From: Catajapyx aquilonaris
Taxonomy: Eukaryota
Direction of reading: 5' to 3'
NCBI GenBank assembly: GCA_000934665.2
Contig: JYFJ02002524.1
Span: forward strand, 1 to 55,615
DNA length: 55,615 nucleotides
Each line of letters opens with the position of its first letter. Position 1 is the stretch's first letter. The notes under the pieces are model-generated. The model was given only the letters and a program-made list of their open reading frames with translations, did no database searches and had not been told where the DNA came from. Shown here in pieces: positions 27,538 through 38,477 of the stretch. The translations under genes and the position numbers were made by a program.

Positions 27538-27606
27538 CAGTGGCTTTCAAACTGGGGTACGCGTACCCCCGGAAGTACGCGAACACAATTTAGGGGGTAC
27601 GCGAAA
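27538..27606 (+). mobile_element. Single end of a hAT (Charlie-like) element
   Basis: cagtggctttcaaactggggtacgcgtaccccc with repeated gtacgcg; no partner end found. Confidence 0.45.
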
Positions 27607-27634
27607 GATATCGTAGCAATGGCAGCACCTCTGC

Positions 27635-27844
27635 ACTACCTTGGACTACTGCTCTTCCGTCCCAAGGAGAAACACCATATCTACAAAACTAGTAAGGGTG
27701 AAAGGCGCATGCATGCCATACACTAATCCCTCTGGAATCAGGGAGGATTAGTGCAGGGCATGGACGCGACTTTCACCCTTACTAGTATTGTAGATGGGGT
27801 GTTTCTCCTTGGGAAGGCAGAGCCGTAGTCCAAGGTAGTCCATG
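27635..27844. mobile_element. Palindromic (foldback) MITE-like element
   Basis: actaccttggactac..cccaaggagaaacacc..actagtaagggtgaaag..cactaatcc mirrored by ggattagtg..ctttcacccttactagt..ggtgtttctccttggg..gtagtccaaggtagt; right end gtagtccatg. Confidence 0.7.
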
Positions 27845-28619
27845 ACTCTTCCAGAGGTGATTTAACATTCAAATTCGGTTTATCCCCACACGTGGAGACT
27901 GACATGTCCCGTTTTCAAACCGGGATAGAGATCAGAAACCAATTCTAACCTATTCCTGTTGGTACCCCTGTGAACTCAAAAGCTTCTCCATCTGAACCAA
28001 GCCGCCAAGTCCTTTAAACACCACATCCCGCAAAATGCAAATAAGTAAATAAAAGGGCTAGAGAATGGGGGGCTAAAAACCTCATATTTGTAATGGGGCT
28101 AGCACTAGAGAACCTAAGTTATGACCGGGTCTAGAAAAAGAGGGTGGGAGGGGGGGGGGTTGAAATTAGCTCTTGCTATAGACCCCCCCCTCCCCTTCCA
28201 GCTTCCTCCTCTAGCAATAATGCATATTGAGGTCATTAGAGCATCATCATAAGCGCTCATTTCGCAATTGGGTGGGATGCTACCCAAATCCACATTTTTT
28301 TTTGCAAAAAAATGGAGGGGGTGGGAGGCGGGGGGCTTAAGTGAGCTTTATTTATTCGAGTGGGAGGTTGCAGTTATAGCCCCAACCCCCCCCCCCCCCC
28401 CNGGGGGGGGGGGGGGGGAAAGCGAGCGAGGTGACATAGTAAAACGCCTCGATCCCAATAGAGGCCACGACATTTTAAAGCGGATTCTTACAAGGCAGGA
28501 CTCTTTTTATTGTTAGGAGATAAAAGGGTTGGAATTACGTTGAGGCATGGTCATTAACCAGGAAAGCATTTTGGACATCTCCGAAAGTGTCTAAATTGTT
28601 TTGCAAGAAAATGGACGGT

Positions 28620-29200
28620 ATTGGCTATTTCATTGGTTACATTAGCTACAATTGGCTATTTCATTGGTTATATTAGCTGCAATTGGCTATTTCATTGGTT
28701 ATATTAGCTACAATTGGCTATTTCATTGGTTATATTAGCTACAATTGGCTATTTCATTGGTTATATTAGTTACAATTGGCTATTGGTAACTATATTAGTT
28801 ATTATCAGTTATTCGTTATCATCACAGTTACAGTTAGTTATTATCAGTTAGTTAATTCTATTAGTTATGCCCATCTATTAGTTATGCCCATTTATTAGTT
28901 AGCATTACAGTTAGTTAATTCTATTATTTATTTGCCATTTATTAGTTAGCCTTGCAGTTAGTTAATTCTATTAGTTATTTACCAGTTATTAGATAGCCTT
29001 TGTCATCATTAGTTACCATTATTAGTTGTCGGTTATTGTTATTAGTTATTATGAGGTACAATTAGCTATTAGTAACCATTAATTACAACTATCGTTTCTA
29101 TTAGTTGCTATTATTCATTGTTTACTAGCTATTGTTTTATTAGTTAGTATTTATTTCGTCAGTTGTAATTTACCTTAGCAGTTAAATTAATAATAATTTA
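28620..29200. repeat. 31-bp minisatellite attggctatttcattggttatattagctaca (x5) grading into a degenerate attagtta array
   Basis: Direct periodicity at 28620-28785. Confidence 0.9.
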
Positions 29201-29385
29201 TTTTCATGAGATATTATTACTTATTATTATTATTAGACTGTTGGTTACAGCATCAAGAGCAGTTATTTTTCAAACAGCTCGCCACATCGACATCTCGCCC
29301 GCGATGTATCGATATATCGATATTCCTGGGTGATTTCTCGGGCCACGCCCGGCAGATATCCGCAATGTGCTCTTTATAATGTTAG

Positions 29386-29459
<74 letters not shown>
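29386..29459. repeat. (ATT)n microsatellite
   Basis: Direct reading. Confidence 0.95.
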
Positions 29460-29461
<2 letters not shown>

Positions 29462-30929
29462 CAGAGTATATTGCTTGAGGCTAGCCTTGTACTTGGCGAC
29501 CTTAACATTTTTAAAAATGCGAAAAGTTGCGGGTGACCTTTAGCTTCAAGATGACCCCTGTGCGTGCCCTGTATTTTTTTTTTGCGACATGCCAGCGGCT
29601 GTGACCCTGAACAATTTTTTTTTGCAAACGTGCCGGGTTAGGGCATTGAAATTAATTAAGTAGTTAATCCAGCTAATTCGTAGTAAATTTTGGCAAAATT
29701 ATGACTTGCGGATTTAACATTTGAATGCAAAGTGACTCCCACATTCTGGGAAGCTTCCGTGATGTAATGTTAGCGCAAAATTTTCATACTTTCACCACTA
29801 TTTTTTTCACGGCTAACTGCTGGATTTGGGGGTCAGTAAACCACCTGTGCAACCAGCTTAATGTCAATTATGATTGACAACTAATACGTCCCAGTATCGT
29901 TCAGAATTATGTACAAAAAATGTCAAACCTTTGACGTCTATGACGTATCCGTTTGACGTATCCGGATTATGTATCCAGTTGACATGAAGCCTTTTGATCT
30001 CTCCTGTTGAAGCTGTGGAATAGTATGTATAGTACGTCACGATAGTATGGGAGGGCTGACGATAATGTGACCGACCATGACATGGGGGAATGGGGACTGC
30101 AAAATTAATAAATATTTAGCTTAAATTTTTCCCTCTTTTTCCACGTCACAGTCCGTCACGTGTGACGAAACGTGACATACATACATACCTTTCCCTCTAT
30201 ATCCTTTTAGCACACCTGACCCGAACAACACTGAACACCCGACACAACCGACTGGTCCGATCCGAGTGTTTACGATGCACTCGAACGATTCCCACCGGTT
30301 ACAAAACGTGTGTAGTGTCTGCATCCGTAAGTCCAAGGTCAACAGGCCGGGTTTACATTACTACCACCTAAGAATAACCGGTTATTTTGGCCAATTTCTT
30401 TTCCACTACGGGTGGAACTCACCATATTTGCAAATACTAGGTTGTGATGTATTGTTGAGGAATTTTATTGCGATAGTCCGATGCGGGTGGCTGCACCCTA
30501 TGGAGTCTTTTGTCACTTGAAGATTTCAAACATGTTCTATATAGCCTTGACTCGGTGTCCTATTCATCCTTTTAATTCTCCGTTTTTTTTGCGATTCAAT
30601 AGGGAGAGCTCAGGTGCAAAAAAAAGAGAGAGGCAAGTGGACAATGCCTGGTATGCGGTACACACTTGCATAACAAATAGTCTTAAGACGCTACCCTGCT
30701 CTGGAAACCTCACCTGGCAACATAAATTAAAGCGTTGTAAAACTCATGTGCAAAAAAAACTCTAATTGAAACAGGTATGAGCAATCTAATATTTTAATTT
30801 AACCCATTAATTCTATGGGAACTGCAGTAATTAACAGCCACAATTATTCCTCTGCATCTTGTAAAAGAGGAGGCACTGAATAATGCCAGTATCTAATAAG
30901 GACTGGGAGTCTCTATGGCGCAAAAAGCA

Positions 30930-31620
30930 GCTTAGTTCTAATATTACTATTACATTATAACCAGATTAGTAGTTCTAATGTAACTATTACATTATAACCA
31001 GATTAGTAGTTCTAATGTAACTATTACATTATAACCAGATTAGTAGTTCTAATGTAACTATTACATTATAACCAGATTAGTAGTTCTAATGTAACTATTA
31101 CATTATAACCAGATTAGTTCTAATGTAACTCTTACATTATAACCAGATTAGTTCTAATGTAACTCTTACATTATAACCAGATTAGTTCTAATGTAACTCT
31201 TACATTATAACCAGATTAGTTCTAATGTAACTCTTACATTATAAGCAGATTAGTACCAAATATAACTAATACAGTTATTGCATAATATAACTGTTACAGT
31301 TATTGCATAATATAACTATTGCAGTTATTGCATAATATATAATATATAACTATTAGTTACATCATGTAACAATCGCATAATATATAATATATAACTATTA
31401 GTTACATCATGTAACAATTGCATAATATATAATATATAACTATTAGTTACTACATCATGTAACAATTGCATAGCTATTACATCATACAACTACGTATTAC
31501 ATGGCAATCAATTTATTAGTATCAATAATAATAATAATAATAATAACAACAACAACAACAACAATAATAATAATATTAATAACAATAACAACAACAATAA
31601 TAACAATAACAATAATAATG
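30930..31620. repeat. 37/34-bp minisatellite agttctaatgtaactattacattataaccagatt(agt), then related units and (AAT/AAC)n
   Basis: About 9 copies at 30933-31255, with a 3-bp deletion variant spreading in the distal copies. Confidence 0.9.
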
Positions 31621-31936
31621 AGCTGCTTATTACTATCACACAATAAGTATTGGTGCCAAATATAACTACTGTGGTGTCTATATCATTAATACCAGACTGT
31701 TCCCACAACTCCTCCCGCATCGTACGGTCTACAGCATTGGGAGTGGTGTCAAAATTTAGCCCACGTTTTCTATATTTGCAATACACTCTTGCCTTTTGAA
31801 AATAGTGTCCAGGGAATTAATAAAACGCAAAAAACGCCGAACGTCTTTTTAAAAAACCGACCGCGACCTTTCCATGGAATTCCCAATTCCGCCGTTCCGG
31901 GCGCTGGCCGCCACCTCCTGGGTGGCGAATCGGTTA

Positions 31937-32426
31937 AGGCGGGTTCCCACTAGCTGACAGTATAGCATACGAAACGAACGAAACGGTATGACGAAACGAA
32001 CGGAAATAGGGGCTAGGTGTTCAGACACAAAAGCGAGGGGAGTGGCTTAGTCTCCGTATCCCGAAGCGCATGCGCTGTGCTTGAACTCTCTGGCAGGACT
32101 CCCTGGGGCTCTCCCTCCCTTCGGACCGGTACCCTTCTCTTCTCCCGTCTCCCCAGGCCCGCTCCCCCCGGCTCCCGCGTCACGACCTTCGTCCTGCCTC
32201 CGGCAGAGGCGCTTCCTCCACCCCTGCCGCTTTCCTGGCTCTTCCATTGGTGGATAGGTCCGTAAGCCACCGTATTCCGTATTCCGTGTCCGTCAAAAGT
32301 TGATTCCTTTCGTATTTTCCGTTCGTAATCTCTTTCACTTTTCATCATCCTCAAGTGGGCTCTGATTGGTCCACTCTTTCGTTTCGTTCTTTTCGAATGA
32401 TACCGTCAGCTAGTGTGAACCCACCT
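31937..32426. mobile_element. PIF/Harbinger-like MITE
   Basis: TIR aggcgggttcccactagctgacagtat / ataccgtcagctagtgtgaacccacct; TTA on both flanks; subterminal gaaacgaac repeats; GC-rich interior. Confidence 0.8.
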
Positions 32427-33284
32427 TTACTTCTGCACCGTCTTACTTCGCCACTTCACCGTTGATGTCACTGCCTGGTAAGCGTCTCTCTCTCTCTCTC
32501 TCCCCCCCCCTCTCTCTCCATTTTCGCAATATTTTGCCTAATTTTGTCAAGTTGGTGCCTAGTTGCACATTAATCAGCTTAGTACCAATAACAATTTCCT
32601 AATAAGCAGCTTAGTGACAAATATCACTGTTACTGACTTTGAGTTGAAACATATCGTGTAGGCCTCCATTATGTACAGTGCAGTTCAAGCAGACTATGTC
32701 GTTAGTGCTGGTTGCTAGGTATGGGAATTGGACGCTTTCGAATGAAGACACAAAAAATGGCGCCAATAATCGGCATGCACAACGTGGGCCGTTACAATGT
32801 CTTCCCTCCAAAAAAATGATATAATCCGAGGGGGTTTCCAACATGGCTCGATTCGGGAAAGCAAATTCCTGGAATTCTTGCCCCTCTCCCATGCTCAGAA
32901 GATTAAATTAATCCGGGTCTGGGGCTCAACCCAAAATGCTCCCTCCCTCCCCTCCCCTCACCCTCCTCCCACCCACCCTCCAACAGAAAATCATCTCACA
33001 AACATTCCGGGATAATCTGTCCCGAAGAATTCCAACACGTCGAGGTAAATTAGCAAAGATTGCCAAACGCTCCAGCTATTCCCATACTTAGCTCTAAATC
33101 CGGGGGGCTTTTCTTTCTTGCATTATAACGAGAGTGAACCAAAACTGTCCCGTGTAGTACCATATCCCTCACATAGATGGCGCGCTGCCCACTCTCAGGG
33201 TCGTGAGAAGGAAAGTGGTACTGCATGCACCTAGTTGAGATTAAGGTAGGCGTAAGCATACGGTGACCATAATCAGTAAGATAC

Positions 33285-34010
33285 TACTGCTTATGAAAAT
33301 AGCCCGTTATGTAGGCAGCTATTTTAGGCTCAAATTGGTATTCAGTCCGCCATTTTGAATCAGACGAGGGGAAGGTGTCAGCAGATTATTTATAACTGTT
33401 ACATAGTAACCAGCTTTGTTACATATTATAACTATTGTATACAGCAGCTGAGTGTCAATAACAGTTACAAAATACGTAAGTAGCTGAGTTTCAGATATAA
33501 CTATTACAAAAATAAGCAGATGACTCGCCCAGAACAATTACGAGGCATATTGGAAATATCCGTTATGTAGCAGCTTTTTTCGGCGCAAATTTTGGTCCGC
33601 CATTTTGGTTCCGACGGGGAACGGGGGGAAGGTGCTAGTAGCATATTTATAAGTAGATTATAACTATTACAAAATAAGCAGATGACGTGCCCAGAACAGG
33701 CAGAGGCATATTGGAAATAGCCGTTATGTAGCAGCTATTTTCCGTCCAAATTGTTATTTTGTTCGCCATTTTGGTTCCGACGTGGGGAAAGGTGCTAGCA
33801 GATTATTCATAACTATTAAATAGTAACCAGCTTAGCTACATATTATAACTATTACACAGCAGCTTAAGTGTCAATAACCGTTACATTGTAACCAGCTAAG
33901 TGTCAATAACCGTTACATTGTAACCAGCTTAGTTCTATGTATTATATAACTAGTACACAAAAAGCAGATGATTCAGGGGGACAAACAGAGGCACAGACTC
34001 ATGCCATATT
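33285..34010. repeat. Triplicated 160-250-bp module containing ccgttatgtagcagct..ccgccattttg..ggaaggtg
   Basis: Copies begin near 33290, 33543 and 33705. Confidence 0.75.
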
Positions 34011-34624
34011 ACCGTATATCGGTGGTAGAGGGTAACAAGTGTCAACGAATTCTATTCCGCCTTATCTCAGCGGGTAGTGGGTGGTGGATTCCTTGTGGGT
34101 GGAGGGGAATCCCCTTACCCTCTCCGGACACAAGATGGACGCTCACGATTCCCCTTAGTTGCTGGCAGTCTTTATTGAAATGCTCTGTCGACTCAAACGG
34201 CCGGAAAAGTTAGTTTTCGAGGGAAGCACCACCACCCCCATCCCCAAACGGGGCTTTGCCAAAATCAGCAAAGTTGGTCCCCCTCCCTCCCTCCCTCCCT
34301 CCTTTCCCCTACTCCCCACTAAAAGAGGGGGGGAAGGATCATTCCACCGAAAGAGAGTGATGTTGATGGCCCCCACAGAGGGCGGCGCTCTCGTTGGAGA
34401 CTATCGCGTTCACAGTAGGAAGTCAGATGGAGAAAAGAGAGGGGGAAGAGTGGTGATTGGGACGACGGATACGGTACCGGAAGTTGGACACTTTGAGTGG
34501 AATGGGGGGCCTGTCTACACGGGACAGGTTCGCGTCAGGTGGCCCATCTATTTGCAGGCCGGTTAGAATCGTTGAATGCGTAAACGGCAGGTTGACTAAC
34601 GGTGGATTACAAACTAGCCGCTAC

Positions 34625-35200
34625 TTCTCAGTCGTTGCTACTTTAACTGCTATGGACAGTACACATTTTATAGCAAATTTGTCTAATGGCATAAGAAGCA
34701 GTTATTTGAGTTGTGACTCACGTAGCAGCTCCGAAAAAGCGCAATTAACTCAAATAACAAGTGCTCTTGACTCAAATCAGTAGCAGTTATTTAGTTTTAT
34801 TTATTCATTTAATAGCAATATATTGTCGGGATCAGTTATTTGAATTAATAGCCCTTTTCCGGTGATTCTACGTAAGTCACAACTCAAACAACTGCTTCTG
34901 ACAGCATTTGACACATTTGGTATAAAATGTGTACTGTCCATAGCAGTTAAAGTAGCAACGACTGAATAACAGAATAAATAACTACTACTGATTTGAGTCA
35001 ATAGCACTTGTCAGTAGGAGTTATTTATTCTGTTATTCAGACGTTACTACTTTAACTGATATTTGAGTCACGACTAAAATAACTTTCTGATGGCAGACAA
35101 ATCTCTAATGCTACCAGAAGCAGTTATTTGAGTCATAACTCAATTAGCAGCACTGAAAAGGCGCTATTAACTCAAATAACTGATCCCGACAAATTAAATT
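34625..35200. repeat. Inverted/direct triplication of an about 150-bp segment
   Basis: 34629-34760 is the reverse complement of about 34830-34964; a degenerate direct copy lies at about 35037-35190. Confidence 0.85.
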
Positions 35201-35529
35201 GACTCAAATAACAGCTATACTGATAAGTGGACCGATTAAATGCACTTATTCTGATGACATTTGACCAATTTTCTAAACCGTGTTATTCCGTAACTATTAT
35301 TATTGCGATTAAGTAGCAGTTATTTGAATAAATAGCACTCTTCAGGAGCGGTTAAGTCTACATCACTTTTCAGAAGGAGTTACTTAAGTTGATCACAATT
35401 TCCAATAGAAGTTTCGCGGGTTATTTATTAAAGTAGCAGTTACTCTATTTGTTTCGTTAGGGGTTCTTAAAAAAGCAGTTTTAGAGCGAATTTGTGAGGC
35501 CAGAATATTATATCGTATAATCGGTAAAC

Positions 35530-35599
<70 letters not shown>
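35530..35599. repeat. (ATT)n microsatellite
   Basis: Direct reading. Confidence 0.95.
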
Positions 35600-36829
35600 C
35601 AGCAGTGGTTTTTTTCCGTCAATAGCGGCTTTGAAATAGCACCTTACTCGGTTATTAACGTATCAGTTTACTGAATCACTCTTCCGGTAGAGGTTTTCTT
35701 AGCCGATATTAACGTAGCCGTTAAGTTAGTCAATATTAACGCAGCAGTAATCCGCCGATATTAAAGTAGAAGCTTTCTTAGTCGCTCTTAATGGATCTGT
35801 TTACTTAGTCTTTGCTGTTAACCCTAGCAGTTATTTCAATTGTTTTTTGACACAGTTAAAAAGGATAGTGACAAAATGAGCCAGATCATGCCCAGATCGA
35901 TCCGCTTCTCGCCCGTCTGAACACCAAACTCCTACAAAGCCTCCAATTACTGACGACAAATCCAGAAAATAACCCTCCCTCCTGCTCTGTACCAATCAGT
36001 GAGCCTGGCCCTAACAGAAGCGATATTCATTCCACCTCATAACACGCTTATTACCTCACTCGCAGGACTCATTAATAAGCTATTTGCCGTGAAAGTTATC
36101 TCAAATCCACAGGCAAGAAACGAATGAAAAGGCTTTTCAATCTCGCTTCAAGTGAGGGCCAAAAGAAGCGGAAAGCAGATCTTACCCCCCCGGGGAAAAA
36201 ACAGCGGAAAAACCTTCTTGAAGTCGTGTATATGTCAACTTTACGTCCACTTTTGTAGGTGATTAACGACCCTTAAATTGATTCGGAAAAAGCAAGAGCG
36301 AGCAATAAAATCGCTGTAAATAACAGCGAGCGAGAAACAGTGTCGCTGGGAGGTCCCCCTCTCTTTAACACGTGGAGAAGGTTGCTCATTAAACTACCCT
36401 CCGGTTATGGAGTGGATAAACGGACGGTAAATACACACGCGCCAATAACGCAACGGGCCGCGGTCCCCTCGCTAAATCAACTGTTCACTTGCGGGCGGAT
36501 ACAAAGCGAGAGCCAATATAAAGCGAGCGTGGATCAAACCCCCCGCGGGGGAACACGCCGAATTGGAAGCGTTAACTTGAGTGATTATTATTTTTATACT
36601 ATATAAGGAGTGTACAGTCGCGGAAATGAGTAAGGTAGCAGATCTGAAGCTCAAACTAGCCTCCAAGCGATGAGCTCTCCTTATAAGCTTATGTGTCCTT
36701 AAGAGGCTAATTTGAGCTTCAGACACGAACTATTGTAGGCCTGTAGTGAATAACTTGACAGCAAGCACCTCTTTACCTATGTAAAGCACAATTTAAGTAA
36801 CTGCTATATGTAGAAGGACGTTCAATGAC

Positions 36830-37500
36830 TAACGTAGCTGCGACGTTGATATCAACAAAGTAAACTGCTACGTTAATATCATCTAAGAAAGATGCTACGT
36901 TAATATTGGCTAAGAAAGATGCTACGTTAATATTGGCTAAGTCAACCGCTAGGTTAATATTGGCTAAGTCAACAGCTAGGTTAATATCAATTAAGTAAAT
37001 TGCTACGTTAATAGCGGCTAGGGAACTGCCACCTAAATAGCGATCAAGAAACTCCTACGTCAATATATACAGTAGATCAAGAAACTACTACGTTAATATA
37101 AATTAAGTAAATTCCTTCGTTAATATAAATTAAGTAAACTTCTTCGTTATTAATATCGGCTAAGGAACTGCTACATAAAATAATAGAGATCAAGTAATCT
37201 GCTACATAAAATAATAGAGATCAAGTAAACTGCTACATAAAATAATAGAGATCAAGTAAACTGCAACGTTTATATCGACACAGTAAACTGCTACGTTTAT
37301 ATCGACAAAGTAAACTGCTACGTTTATATCGACACAGTCAACTGCTACGTTTATATCGACACAGTCAACTGCTACGTTTATATCGACAAAGTAAACTGCT
37401 ATGTTCATATTGAATAATTAAACAGCTACGTTCATATAGAATAGTTAAACAGCTACGTACATATTGAATAATTAAACAGCTTCGTTCATATCGAATAAGT
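36830..37500. repeat. About 27-bp array ctgctacgtttatatcgacacagtcaa and variants
   Basis: gctacgttaatat/gctacgtttatat recurs about every 27-30 bp. Confidence 0.9.
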
Positions 37501-37518
37501 CATAGAGCGAAAATCTAC

Positions 37519-37625
37519 TGATGATGTCATAGAGGGCGACCGCCTCTGATGACGTCAGCGGGAAAATCCGCCACCTTATGACGTCACGAGCTCTTAATGG
37601 TCGTTTTCCCCCGCCATTTTGTTGA
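37519..37625. promoter_or_regulatory. Cluster of CRE (TGACGTCA) sites plus a YY1-like CCGCCATTTT
   Basis: Perfect TGACGTCA at 37550 and 37579, TGATGTCA at about 37522, and CCGCCATTTT at about 37611; about 0.9 kb upstream of IR paralog 1. Confidence 0.35.
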
Positions 37626-38376
37626 GGTTTGCGACACATGACCAGGATGTCATACCACTTGGGCCATTTTCAGCTGCCAAAAAATTGGCACGGTGGGTTT
37701 GGCAAAAGCGGTGGCGAAAATGATACGCGATAAAGCGTGCTGGGGGGAGGCTTCAGCTGCAAGCGTGGGGATCATAAAGGATGAAGTGGATCCCACGGGT
37801 TGCGACCAAAACAACCGCTGCTACAGCTGCCTCTCGCCAAATCATTTAACCAATTTTTTTTTCGCAAATATTCCTGCACCAAATTGAGTTCATAAAATAT
37901 CCTTGTGAATGGAGTAATCGCCAGTGCCCAATTGACCATGTTTTTTAGGGTCCAGGTAGGGTTGTCGTTCATTGCTGTATTGTCGCAAATGTTTAATTAA
38001 AATATGGCAGATCCATCGATATCGATAAAATATTCCGGGGGCCGAATTGGTGGAGACCTTTTCCCCTTCTTTTGCGGTATGAAACGCGATAAATCGGTGT
38101 CGATTCGGCTTATGGCGGCATAAAAATTCAATTTCAAGGCGCCCTAGGAACACTTTTGATCGACTCTTCCGGCTCCCCTTCTTCAAGACACAGAAGAAGC
38201 AAATCATCGGCATACTCAAAATATTGCTCCATCGGATTCCTGCTGGGAGACAACGAGAATGAATATTGGGGAAATAGGGAGGTATAATATTCAGCGAAAA
38301 TATTGATGTACAGGCGACTTTTGATGTCTAATATCCTTTGATCAGATCCGTGGTCTCCAATTACAAGTTGCGCACT

Positions 38377-38416
38377 ACTAGGTACAGTACACTGAGTGTA
38401 TCGATGATACTTGAAA
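38377..38416 (+). promoter_or_regulatory. Upstream motif conserved between the two IR paralogs (copy 1)
   Basis: actaggtacagtaca...tgtatcgatgatacttgaaa matches actaggtaacagtaca...tgaatcgatgtattacttggaa at 40491-40532; the copies lie 128 and 138 bp before the aligned ATGs. Confidence 0.55.
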
Positions 38417-38477
38417 ATATTACGTGATTGTGTTGTCAGAATTGTAGTGTCGTGTATAACACGGGACTGTCCTGATT

